This document shows, piece by piece, positions 8,215 through 16,638 of a stretch of 20,000 bases of DNA. A model generated the notes under the pieces. That model was given only the letters and a program-made list of their open reading frames with translations. It did not search any database and was not told the origin of the DNA. This DNA comes from an uncultured virus (IMG/VR IMGVR_UViG_3300025362_000006) (Duplodnaviria; Heunggongvirae; Uroviricota; Caudoviricetes). The stretch lies in IMG/VR virus record IMGVR_UViG_3300025362_000006; one strand, given 5' to 3'. A program made the translations under genes and the position numbers. The stretch's first letter is position 1; the number at the start of each line of letters is the position of its first letter.

Positions 8215-9660
8215 ATGATTACTGATCGTCGAGAGCCGGGAGTATATGTATCAATCGAAGACTTGAGTTATGTTGCAGCTAACCCTAATGTGGGAAGGTC
8301 TGTATATTGTGTAGGGGTCTGTAAAAAGGGCCCTCACAATCGAATAGTTCAAGTAACTTCACAATCTGAGTTTCATACAACTTTTGGGAAACCAAATTTT
8401 TATGAAACTAGTAAATCTCATTATCATATGGACAAAGCAATGCAATATTCCGGTAGAGGATATTATGTTCGCCTTTCTCCAGATGATGCAATTCAAGCTT
8501 GTGCATTGGTTAAACAATCTAGTTCTGTAGAAAGTGAATTAGTAAGTGAAATTGCACATACATTTACTTGGGCAGCCTCTGCAACTTTAGTTTGTGCTAC
8601 TGATTGTTCTGCTGCTGTAAATGTTGGAGACTGGATATTTAGTGCAACTGAAGCTGCTGCTGACTATCAGTATGCAAAACAAGTACTTACTATATTTGTT
8701 GAATCTGATGGTTCTACAACACTCACATTAGATTCTGCTTATGCTGGAACAATTGGTGATGCTCAAGCGTTTAAATTTGTTCCTTATGAAACTGTTACCA
8801 ATACAGGTTGGGATACAGGTCTTGAATTACCTGACACTACTGCTGACCTGGACACCGATGTTGTGTATGGTTTCTATGCAACTGGTGCTGGTGCTTTTTA
8901 TAATGATTATAAAATTAAAGGTGCCCGTAATGTTGAATTAGAAAGAATGTATGTTGATGATGAAGGTCTTGCAAAATACAAATATTTGTTCATGAATGTT
9001 GCTATTTATAGAGTTAATGATGATTTGACTGAATCTATGATTGAAGGTCCTTGGGTAGTATCATTAACTGATGAAACTCCAGACGGTATTCGAATTCGTG
9101 ATTTGTCAAGTGGACAGCCGCTTTATATTGAAGATATTATTAATGATAATAGTAAATTGATTCATTGTTGTGTAGGTTCAGCAATGCAAGATCTACGATC
9201 TTCTGTTAGTGCAACTAAAACGACTGAACTTCGTAAACAAATTATGATGATACTTAGTGCTGGTCAGCCTGCTGCTACGTCTTTTATCGTTAGCGACACT
9301 ACTGGGGTCCAACTCGGTAGTGGTTTTGATGGCACTACGGATGGTCAGGGAGACAGTGCAAGTCTTCCGCTTTATAATGACACAACTGGGTTTGTTAATG
9401 TTGATACTAATATTGATGCACTTGCAGCTCAAGCATATAATTGTAGTTTAACTAGTGTTGATGGGTCTATCGGGCAGATGAGAGAAGTAACTTATCCTGT
9501 TTACCAACCTGATTATATTCTTACTGGTGAATGGTCAGCAGCTACTCAAAATTCTGGTCGTTATCTTGCAGATCTTCGTCAAGATTGCATTCATCTTGGT
9601 GATAGTACATATAACACTTCATATACTGCTGATCTGGATTCCCGACTGAATGATGTGCCT
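8215..9660 (+). CDS. Tail sheath protein, exon 1 (joins 9947-10552; spliced product 683 aa)
   Basis: N-terminal PGVYVSIEDLS, KGPHN, EFHTTFGKP sheath motifs; frame ends at ...LNDVP exactly at the intron 5' splice site. Confidence 0.92.
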
Positions 9661-9946
9661 TAATATCTAGGGCCATATATCGGTGACGATATATGATAAT
9701 TTCTTTAATTGCTGGAAACTCCTAAGATTTAATATGATATATTAAATTGGACAATCAGCAGCAAAGATCTACATAAATTGTAGATAATGTTCAACGACTA
9801 TCCCAGACATGGGAGTAGAACACAAGTGTGTTCGAAATAGGAAACATCTATTATTAGATGAAGATATAGTCTATTCTTATAGGAAACTATAAGCAATCTT
9901 TATTTAAAGATTGAAATAAAATTAACGATTTTATTTTAATACAAAG
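9661..9946 (+). ncRNA. Self-splicing group I intron, subgroup IA-like, no homing endonuclease ORF
   Basis: P1 with U9660-G9670 wobble; P AATTGCTGGAAA 9707-9718, Q AATCAGCAGC 9753-9762, R GTTCAACGACTA 9789-9800, S AAGATATAGTCT 9861-9872; P2, P7.1, P7.2, P8, P9 hairpins; terminal G9946; removal restores the reading frame. Confidence 0.95.
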
Positions 9947-10552
9947 TGGAATAACTGGACATCAGCTCTATATTGTCAATTCCGAAAACGGAGAGATGAA
10001 TACACTGGACAGAAGATGATTGTGAGTCCATGCTATCATGCTATTGAGAATCATTTAGTTATTGATGGTAATTACTTCCTTGGTGAGCCTGTTGCAGGTA
10101 TTGAGAAAGGTGCAATTGCAGAACCAATTGAACTTGTTTATACAGCTAACCATACAGAGCGTGGAGATTTGGGCGATGCTGAATTGAATCTTACAATTGT
10201 TGAACCTGAAGGTAAATATTTTCTTACTCAATTTACTACCTGGAAACGTTTGAGTATTTTGAAGAGACTTCATGCTGCTAAGTTTGTTACATTTGTTAGA
10301 AAATCACTTCCTCCTCTATTGAAAGATTTACTTCAGAGGAAAGGTACAAATTTCTGGATTAAACAGGCGAATGCTAGAGTTACTTACTTTCTTTCAAAAT
10401 ATATTGGATCTGAAGTCGAAGCACTCAATATGTTAACATCTTTTTCTGTCAATGTTGAGTTTGACGAGATTGCTTCCGAGTTAAATGTTTATGTTGGTTT
10501 GGCACCTGTGCGGGTGATTGAGAGAATCAATGTATATATTGCAGTGAGCTAA
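9947..10552 (+). CDS. Tail sheath protein, exon 2
   Basis: WNNWTSALYCQFRKRRDEYTGQK continues in frame into ORF 10016-10552; ends ELNVYVGLAPVRVIERINVYI, a typical sheath C-terminus. Confidence 0.92.
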   Translation, partial: WNNWTSALYCQFRKRRDEYTGQKMIVSPCYHAIENHLVIDGNYFLGEPVAGIEKGAIAEPIELVYTANHTERGDLGDAELNLTIVEPEGKYFLTQFTTWKRLSILKRLHAAKFVTFVRKSLPPLLKDLLQRKGTNFWIKQANARVTYFLSKYIGSEVEALNMLTSFSVNVEFDEIASELNVYVGLAPVRVIERINVYIAVS

Positions 10553-10611
10553 GAACATTTTCAACAATTAGAAATTTATTAAAATCCATTTATTGAGGAG
10601 ATAAATATATT

Positions 10612-11490
10612 ATGGGTGATTCAGCAACTAATATTGTAAGTCGATTAGCTACACGCTTTGACAATGCAATTCTTGATCGGGATAAACCTGATTATATAAC
10701 TAGAGATATTGGTGGACATTTTAGAAAAAATAATCCGTATATTGGAGGTTATTTTCAAGTTGTATTTGGTCTTCCTGAAGAGTTACTTGGTAGTGGTGAA
10801 GATGCAAAAGTAGCATCTCAATGGCTTCATAGTACTTGTGAAGGATTTACTCCCCATACTCAGACAAACAACTTTGTTGAACTTATGGGGCAAGGTCAGA
10901 TTGGCTCTTCATTTGTTAGTGGAGTAACAACTAATCGTGAATTTACAATGACGTTTAGAGAATATCAAAATCTTCCTATATTGAATATTATAAAGAGATG
11001 GTGTAGCGTGTTCGATAATTTTACCGGCACGTCGCCTTTGGACGGAAATCGATTCTTACCGATCAATTATAAAGGTTGGTGCGCGGTTGCACAAACTAAA
11101 CCTGTACGATCAAAAGATGAAGATTTAACTATTGACGATATTGAAGAATGTTATATTTATTCTGGAGTTATGCCTGTTGCAATTCCTCTTGATGGATTAA
11201 ATTCAGATATAACTTCAAATGAATCTGTACAACATTCTGTATCATTTAAATTTGATAATTCTCCTTTGACTTCTGCTGAACCTGGAGTTACAGCAAAAGT
11301 TGTTGAGTTACTTGCTGGTATGAGGACAATGGGTACTGGTGCAAGTAATGATTCTAATTCTACTTATAACCGTTATTGGTCTCGTGGTACTGGTGGAGAA
11401 ACTTCTCAGTGGGGTACTCATGATGGTGAAGTAACAAGTATCGTGACCCCTGATGCTGAATCTGGTAAACCTAGTCGAGTAGTAGTATAA
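10612..11490 (+). CDS. Tail tube protein (T4 gp19-like fold)
   Basis: Directly follows the sheath; FTMTFREY..LPI..II.RW, YIYSGVMP and SVSFKFD patterns typical of tube proteins; SD GAGGAG. Confidence 0.8.
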   Translation: MGDSATNIVSRLATRFDNAILDRDKPDYITRDIGGHFRKNNPYIGGYFQVVFGLPEELLGSGEDAKVASQWLHSTCEGFTPHTQTNNFVELMGQGQIGSSFVSGVTTNREFTMTFREYQNLPILNIIKRWCSVFDNFTGTSPLDGNRFLPINYKGWCAVAQTKPVRSKDEDLTIDDIEECYIYSGVMPVAIPLDGLNSDITSNESVQHSVSFKFDNSPLTSAEPGVTAKVVELLAGMRTMGTGASNDSNSTYNRYWSRGTGGETSQWGTHDGEVTSIVTPDAESGKPSRVVV

Positions 11491-11501
11491 ATAAAATAAT
11501 T

Positions 11502-11542
11502 TAGGATCACTAACTCAATTAAGAGATAGTGGTCCTATTTTT
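11502..11542. terminator. Terminator between convergent genes
   Basis: TAGGATCACTA 11502-11512 / TAGTGGTCCTA 11527-11537 followed by a T tract; A-rich on the other side. Confidence 0.8.
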
Positions 11543-11549
11543 AATAGTA

Positions 11550-12746
11550 TTAGTTCAATGTACCAGTACACTGAGAAAATATTTCTCGAACATCCTGCTG
11601 AGTGAGTGTTGCATATTTCTTTGTTGGAGGATCGACAACAGGAGCCAATTGTGGTGGGGCTACAAATGATGGAGCAGTTGGTTTATTGATGGTGTAATAA
11701 TATTTATTTGGAATAAATGAAAGAGGCAAACCCTCTGGTAAAGAGGCAAAATTTGGAGCACCAGGTTCAGGTAGAGTGATTGATGGTCTTTTCGGCAAAA
11801 TTGGACCCCCAAGCCCTTGAACTTGACCTCCTTGAATATACTCTGGAGGAGTGCCTTTAAGTTTTGCAGGAACGATAGTTTCATGACCACAATCAGGACA
11901 CTCAGTCGAAGTTTCATAATAATCTGCATATTTCGCGTCAAATCGTCCTGTACTTGTATTGAGTTCATCTAGACAACCTCGACATATAACGTGGTACATA
12001 TTAAGATTTTCACAAAACTTCATTTTAACTGTTCCACAATATCTGCACATTGGTGGTTCACAACAATCAAATAATACATTTTTAATTCGTTCATTTTTTG
12101 ATGCACTTTTAGGCAAATAATTAGTTGCCCAAATCAATGATTTCTTAAAAGTTATTGATTTATTATTTACAATTATAAGTTCTTTATTTTTAAATATTGA
12201 AGATTTATTTACTAATGACAAATCCTTATTTTTGAAATTGACTGTTGTGTTAAACGTTCGAAGGCCTTTAACATCTAAATTGGTCTTATCTTCCATATAT
12301 TTAATTAATTCTATTCTATGATCAATCATAGAAATTGTTTTCTTTATTTCTGAATTGAATTTAATATATCCCCAGTCTTCTGCATAATACTTACAAATTA
12401 ATAAAGATTTTAAATTCCCTCTAAATACATTAATTAATTCTTCTTTTAGATCCATAGGAATATCATGATTATCATAGTTTTTCATATCTACCTGAAAAAC
12501 TGGATGGGTATCTAAATGGAAACCAAGATAATATTCTTGAAACCCAAGTTTAGTCATAAATACCAATTTAGAATTCATATCACTACCAGTCAGTTGGCTA
12601 CATACAATATCGTCAAATACCAATTCATCTGAGTCAAAATGTTTCACTAAATGATATCCAATCTCAATCATTTCAGATACCTGGTTACGATCTTTCAATG
12701 CCAATTCAAGTACATGTTCGTTAGTAATACTGTCAATTAATTCCAT
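11550..12746 (-). CDS. Hypothetical protein with Zn-finger motifs and a Pro-rich C-terminus
   Basis: CRYCG...CRGC and CPDCG motifs; SD GAGGA; own promoter motif. Confidence 0.75.
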   Translation of the reverse strand: MELIDSITNEHVLELALKDRNQVSEMIEIGYHLVKHFDSDELVFDDIVCSQLTGSDMNSKLVFMTKLGFQEYYLGFHLDTHPVFQVDMKNYDNHDIPMDLKEELINVFRGNLKSLLICKYYAEDWGYIKFNSEIKKTISMIDHRIELIKYMEDKTNLDVKGLRTFNTTVNFKNKDLSLVNKSSIFKNKELIIVNNKSITFKKSLIWATNYLPKSASKNERIKNVLFDCCEPPMCRYCGTVKMKFCENLNMYHVICRGCLDELNTSTGRFDAKYADYYETSTECPDCGHETIVPAKLKGTPPEYIQGGQVQGLGGPILPKRPSITLPEPGAPNFASLPEGLPLSFIPNKYYYTINKPTAPSFVAPPQLAPVVDPPTKKYATLTQQDVREIFSQCTGTLN

Positions 12747-12799
12747 TCTTAAAATTCCTCTTTTTTAGGTTCAATACAATTTAAAAATAACATGCTATA

Positions 12800-12817
12800 T
12801 ATTAATAATTTATATAT
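12800..12817 (-). promoter_or_regulatory. Putative phage promoter ATATATAAATTATTAATA (copy 3)
   Basis: One-base insertion variant of the 17-mer, 54 nt upstream of ATG 12746. Confidence 0.6.
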
Positions 12818-12857
12818 AAAATGTGATAAAGTTTTTAATTCACGTTTTGATTAAATA

Positions 12858-12895
12858 AAAAATTAACTCCATCTTAATTGATGGAGTTAATTTTT
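12858..12895. terminator. Intrinsic terminator, perfect 16-bp inverted repeat
   Basis: AAAAATTAACTCCATC 12858-12873 / GATGGAGTTAATTTTT 12880-12895. Confidence 0.8.
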
Positions 12896-12904
12896 AATTG
12901 TTAT

Positions 12905-12982
12905 TTATTTCGAATTTCTTCGATTATAAAATTTACAACACTCATAGGAGGACAATTGATTGTCATTCATGAAATTATTCAT
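12905..12982 (-). CDS. Possible 25-aa peptide (MNNFMNDNQLSSYECCKFYNRRNSK)
   Basis: TAATG overlap with the upstream stop; SD AGGAGAG; ends just before the terminator. Confidence 0.35.
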   Translation of the reverse strand: MNNFMNDNQLSSYECCKFYNRRNSK

Positions 12983-13203
12983 TACTCTCTCCTATTCAAA
13001 TTAATGATTTCGCCATCTTTACAATGACAATTAATTTCCAGTTGTCCAAATTCGGACATGTCGATTGTTACATCGCCATACCCTTTATGCTCTTCACAAA
13101 TACTATTCATATGATTCATAAACCCTTCATCATTAGTTATAATTACCGGTGTTTCTCCAGCCATTATAACAACAAACAAAACCAAACTAATTAAGTTCTT
13201 CAC
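12982..13203 (-). CDS. Small exported or membrane-anchored protein, 73 aa
   Basis: GTG start with SD AAGGAG; signal-peptide-like N-terminus MKNLISLVLFVVIMA; three Cys. Confidence 0.7.
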   Translation of the reverse strand: MKNLISLVLFVVIMAGETPVIITNDEGFMNHMNSICEEHKGYGDVTIDMSEFGQLEINCHCKDGEIINLNRRE

Positions 13204-13255
13204 AATATTCTCCTTTTTAAAATAAATAACATCAATATAAATTTCAACTAACTAC

Positions 13256-13272
13256 TTATAGTATTTATATAT
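13256..13272 (-). promoter_or_regulatory. Putative phage promoter ATATATAAATACTATAA (copy 4)
   Basis: Shares the ATATATAAATA core; 53 nt upstream of start 13203. Confidence 0.55.
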
Positions 13273-13313
13273 AAAATCAACAAATACAATAAAACTATTA
13301 CAATTAAAAAATG

Positions 13314-13345
13314 GGGTTATCCAATATAAAAATATTGGATAACCC
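13314..13345 (-). terminator. Intrinsic terminator, 14-bp stem
   Basis: GGGTTATCCAATAT / ATATTGGATAACCC, T tract on the - strand. Confidence 0.8.
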
Positions 13346-13399
13346 ATTATTTACCAGTTACTCAAAAGAACTGATATGACTTTTTTTAATGATTAATTG

Positions 13400-13744
13400 T
13401 TATTCTGAGAACCAGGCACTTGGTTCAGGTAGAGGTAGAATATTAGCATCTTCTTTCTCATTAAATTCTTCTTCGGTTACTTCAGTCCAGTGAACATCAT
13501 ATTCAATATTATTACCTACTGAAATCAATTCATGATACATGCTTCCTGATTTTTCAGCAATAAAAGTATTTCCCCGCATCTTTGTTTCAGCTTCACAAAG
13601 TATTTTTACTGTGATACCAGTATGGTGTTTGTAATATTTACCTATTTCAAATAACTTACTATCTGACTTTATATTTTGAACTGGTCTCTTTTGGTAATTA
13701 ATAATAACATCATCAATTTTTTCAAAAAAATCTTTACTCTCCAT
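13400..13744 (-). CDS. Hypothetical protein, 114 aa
   Basis: Start reassigned to ATG 13744 (MESKDFF) behind SD AAGGAG; the GTG at 13813 lies inside a terminator stem. Confidence 0.75.
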   Translation of the reverse strand: MESKDFFEKIDDVIINYQKRPVQNIKSDSKLFEIGKYYKHHTGITVKILCEAETKMRGNTFIAEKSGSMYHELISVGNNIEYDVHWTEVTEEEFNEKEDANILPLPEPSAWFSE

Positions 13745-13806
13745 TTTTAACTCTCCTTTTAAATTATTATCAACAACACCCACACAAAAATGAATAGAAA
13801 AATAAT

Positions 13807-13841
13807 GGGCCACCCAATATAATAAATATATTGGGTGGCCC
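13807..13841 (-). terminator. Intrinsic terminator downstream of queD, 15-bp stem
   Basis: GGGCCACCCAATATA 13807-13821 / TATATTGGGTGGCCC 13827-13841. Confidence 0.85.
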
Positions 13842-13853
13842 GATTTTTAGCAG

Positions 13854-14288
13854 TTACTCAAATATATGAGTATAACTAGCACAATTATTTTCAGTCTCGT
13901 AAATTTGTATTGTTATCTCTTTTAAGTCTTTTATTTTGTTCTTAAACATTGCTTTTGCAACTGCACAAAATATAATTGCCATCCGTTCAGCGGTTGTTGG
14001 ATGTGGCCAGACTAAATATTTAAATCCGTTCTTTTTAACAAATTCAATAAATTTAATATCACTCTTTTCAATAATACAAGCATGATCATATTTACTATCG
14101 AAGAAATCTTGAAATTCTTTTAAATGGGTAAAATCAATTATCATGTGCTGTTCATTTAAGCTCGATGCTTTAATTTTCAGAAACACTTTATATGAATGTC
14201 CGTGAATGTTCTTACATGGACTATCATAATCAAGACAATTAAGTCGATGACTTGCTTCGAATTTGAATTTTTTTTCTATGCTATACAT
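13854..14288 (-). CDS. queD: 6-carboxy-5,6,7,8-tetrahydropterin synthase (PTPS family)
   Basis: FEASHRL, CKNIHGHSYKV, IDF..LK, YDHA, PTTAERMA, ETENN are canonical QueD motifs. Confidence 0.95.
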   Translation of the reverse strand: MYSIEKKFKFEASHRLNCLDYDSPCKNIHGHSYKVFLKIKASSLNEQHMIIDFTHLKEFQDFFDSKYDHACIIEKSDIKFIEFVKKNGFKYLVWPHPTTAERMAIIFCAVAKAMFKNKIKDLKEITIQIYETENNCASYTHIFE

Positions 14289-14301
14289 ATATCATTTCTC
14301 C

Positions 14302-14669
14302 TTATTTAATATTGTTTATTTTTATTCTTGGAGCGAATTGTTTTGCACCAAATTGAATTATAATATTCAATTGATGTTGAGCTTGTTCAAGGTTATCTAC
14401 AACCCAAATATCAGCAAAATCTCCATCTCCAGATATAATAGTATTATGTTCGTACATATCGACAACTACATGATATAATTTACGATTATTTTTAATGTAT
14501 TGTTTATCTTTAAATCTTAATTTATCGTGTGTAATATTGCTCGGTTTATTCGATTTAAAAATATGAATTTAGTATCTTTTTTCTTTGATACTACCGTTGC
14601 GTCACAATACCTAAACAAGTCATCGATATTATTATATGTTTGTTCAAACAACATGTGTGTACTCTTCAT
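14302..14669 (-). pseudogene. Frameshifted hypothetical gene (about 122 aa if read through a -1 shift)
   Basis: ATG 14669 one base after the upstream stop gives 50 codons (stop 14517-14519); the -1 frame is open from about 14568 to TAA 14302-14304, which overlaps the queD SD. Confidence 0.55.
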
Positions 14670-14670
14670 A

Positions 14671-15087
14671 TTACCACCGACTCTTACTAAATGATTTCAT
14701 TAATTTCTCTTCGTCAGTCACAGTATTCAGCATTTCATATTTTTCAAATATAGTTATTTTTGGTCGGTCTTTCTCTTTACGATCAAAATTCTTAATAACT
14801 GTTTTAATTCGTGCAAGCATAAACTTAATTACGTATGGGTTATGATCGTCACCAATAAACATCTTTCTAATACTATTTAAGTTTCCGTATTTAAGAATAT
14901 AAGCAACAGTCTTAATGTGTCGGATTGAAATTCTTTCTTCAAGAGATATGAATATTTCTGGATATGTTTGTTTATCAACACACAGTAATTTAATTATCTT
15001 CTTGACGTCTGCAATTGTGTATTTATATTTATGTCGGGTTTCAATGATTATTCGCCATTCACGATTACTATGTTGAATTTTAGCCAT
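14671..15087 (-). CDS. Hypothetical basic protein, 138 aa
   Basis: SD GAGGA; fills the space downstream of queC. Confidence 0.75.
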   Translation of the reverse strand: MAKIQHSNREWRIIIETRHKYKYTIADVKKIIKLLCVDKQTYPEIFISLEERISIRHIKTVAYILKYGNLNSIRKMFIGDDHNPYVIKFMLARIKTVIKNFDRKEKDRPKITIFEKYEMLNTVTDEEKLMKSFSKSRW

Positions 15088-15125
15088 GTTTTTGATTCCT
15101 CAAATTTCTACTAAATTGTTATTAT

Positions 15126-15797
15126 TTATTTTTGATATTTAATTGGGTCTACTTTACCAAGACTAGCGAATGCTTCGAGTCTTTCATTGCATGATCCACA
15201 TCTTCCGCAGGAGAGCTCTTGATCTTTGTAGCACGTGCGTGTCAATTGATAAGGGACAACAAATTCTTCTGGAAGTTCACAACCAATTTTCAATATTTGA
15301 GTCTTATCAATATTTAAAAATGGTGCAAGAACACCAACTTTACCGTCACTAGATTTGTTAATAGTAGTTTTAAGACTCTCTATAAACTCAGGACGACAAT
15401 CAGAGTAAATGTGATGATCCCCAGCATGAACACCAAGTGCAATATGAGTTGCATCAATTGATTCAGCATAACCAGCAAGGATAGACGCAAAGATTAAATT
15501 CCGTCCTGGAACGACGGTAGTTTTCATATTTTCATCTTCGTAATGACCTTCTGGAATATCTCCACCAGATTTTAATAGATCCGATTCAAACATATATTCA
15601 ATAAAGTTTAAATCAATTGTTGGAAAGACATCAATTCCATAATAATCACAAAAGTGGATTGCACATGTTCTTTCATATTTGTTATGTTTTGATCCATATG
15701 AAAAGTTAACTGGACATACTTCATGACCTTTCGCAAGATAATATCCAAGCATCGTACCTGAATCCATTCCACCACTTAAAGAAAGTACAATTTTCAT
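15126..15797 (-). CDS. queC: 7-cyano-7-deazaguanine (preQ0) synthase
   Basis: PP-loop SGGMDS, YGSKH, TVVPGRNLIF, YSDCRPEF, TRTCY...CGRCGSC.ER Zn motif; start reassigned to ATG 15797 behind GAGGAG. Confidence 0.96.
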   Translation of the reverse strand: MKIVLSLSGGMDSGTMLGYYLAKGHEVCPVNFSYGSKHNKYERTCAIHFCDYYGIDVFPTIDLNFIEYMFESDLLKSGGDIPEGHYEDENMKTTVVPGRNLIFASILAGYAESIDATHIALGVHAGDHHIYSDCRPEFIESLKTTINKSSDGKVGVLAPFLNIDKTQILKIGCELPEEFVVPYQLTRTCYKDQELSCGRCGSCNERLEAFASLGKVDPIKYQK

Positions 15798-15967
15798 TTT
15801 TTCTCCTCTTCTTTTTGGTAATACTCGCCATTTGTATGTTGTAACCAATCACCAACTTTTGCATTTGCTCTTATTCTACAATGAAAACAAACATTCTCTG
15901 GTATTGAATAATGTTCTTGAGGGGACTGACCTTGTACGATTACTCCACCACATTTAATGCAATTCAT
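15794..15967 (-). CDS. Small Zn-ribbon protein, 57 aa (not in ORF track)
   Basis: MNCIKCGG...VCFHCR... (two CxxC); SD GGAG; ATGA overlap with the queC start. Confidence 0.75.
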   Translation of the reverse strand: MNCIKCGGVIVQGQSPQEHYSIPENVCFHCRIRANAKVGDWLQHTNGEYYQKEEEKK

Positions 15968-15985
15968 AAAAATTCTCCATATATT

Positions 15986-16026
15986 ATTAATTCCTCTTAT
16001 ATGTTAAACATATAAGAGGAGTTAAT
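15986..16026. other. Long intergenic hairpin (terminator or RNA processing/stability element)
   Basis: ATTAATTCCTCTTATATGT 15986-16004 / ACATATAAGAGGAGTTAAT 16008-16026; no clear U tract. Confidence 0.65.
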
Positions 16027-16034
16027 CTTAACAG

Positions 16035-16430
16035 TTACCCAATTTGACCTTTTGGAGCTTTCGAAGTTGCAACTTTCACGGTTTCTTCAACACTCAAGTG
16101 TTTAGGTGGTTTTGTGTAATCTTTAGTATTTTTCTTTGCTTTACTCTTACGTATTGAAAGCGTTGTTCCACTAGTCACTTCAACAACATCTTCAAAATCT
16201 TCATCTGAAATAATTTCAGCCAACATATCATAATTAACTTTTTTACGACTTGTTGTTGTATATGATACTAACCAACTCTCTTCATCATCAGTAATTATAA
16301 CTTCTTTAGTTGATTTTTTCTTATGCATAATCTTACCAATTTCATTACGAATTTCTGATTGTGCATCTTTCATTTTCTTTTCTTGAACCTTGAGATCTCC
16401 CCACATTGTCAATAATTCTGTCATCTTCAT
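16035..16430 (-). CDS. Hypothetical protein, 131 aa, N-terminal coiled coil
   Basis: Start reassigned to ATG 16430 behind AAGGAG; coiled coil then VSY...RKKVNY..L recalls small Gam-like phage proteins (weak). Confidence 0.75.
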   Translation of the reverse strand: MKMTELLTMWGDLKVQEKKMKDAQSEIRNEIGKIMHKKKSTKEVIITDDEESWLVSYTTTSRKKVNYDMLAEIISDEDFEDVVEVTSGTTLSIRKSKAKKNTKDYTKPPKHLSVEETVKVATSKAPKGQIG

Positions 16431-16458
16431 AAAAATTCTCCTTTTTTGATTGTGTGTT

Positions 16459-16638
16459 TTACTTCCAAATATCATTATATTCATCAATTGGTTTAGTTAA
16501 TTTATAATACTCATCTGCTGTTTTTGCATTTTTTGCTTGATCATAAATACTATCATGAGTGTATCCACTTGATATATGACTAGGTTTATGATTAGTTATT
16601 ATAAATAAACCTACAACAATAAGAATAAAAAACACCAT
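16459..16638 (-). CDS. Small membrane-anchored protein, 59 aa (not in ORF track)
   Basis: MVFFILIVVGLFIITN...DIWK; SD AGGAG; hydrophobic N-terminal helix. Confidence 0.7.
   Translation of the reverse strand: MVFFILIVVGLFIITNHKPSHISSGYTHDSIYDQAKNAKTADEYYKLTKPIDEYNDIWK

Noticed and set aside
9661..9663. Stop-codon recoding or a naturally split sheath gene
   Set aside because: The gap is fully explained by a group I intron; other long genes are intact under the standard code.
8741..10273. Short alternative-frame or antisense ORFs inside the sheath gene
   Set aside because: Nested in a well-supported gene; none lies in the intron or has endonuclease motifs.
12858..12895. Terminator arm as an anti-start element for gene 12746 (ATGGAGTTAATT versus ATGGAATTAATT)
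   Set aside because: The arm has a perfect local partner, does not cover the SD, and the AT-rich 11/12 match may be chance.
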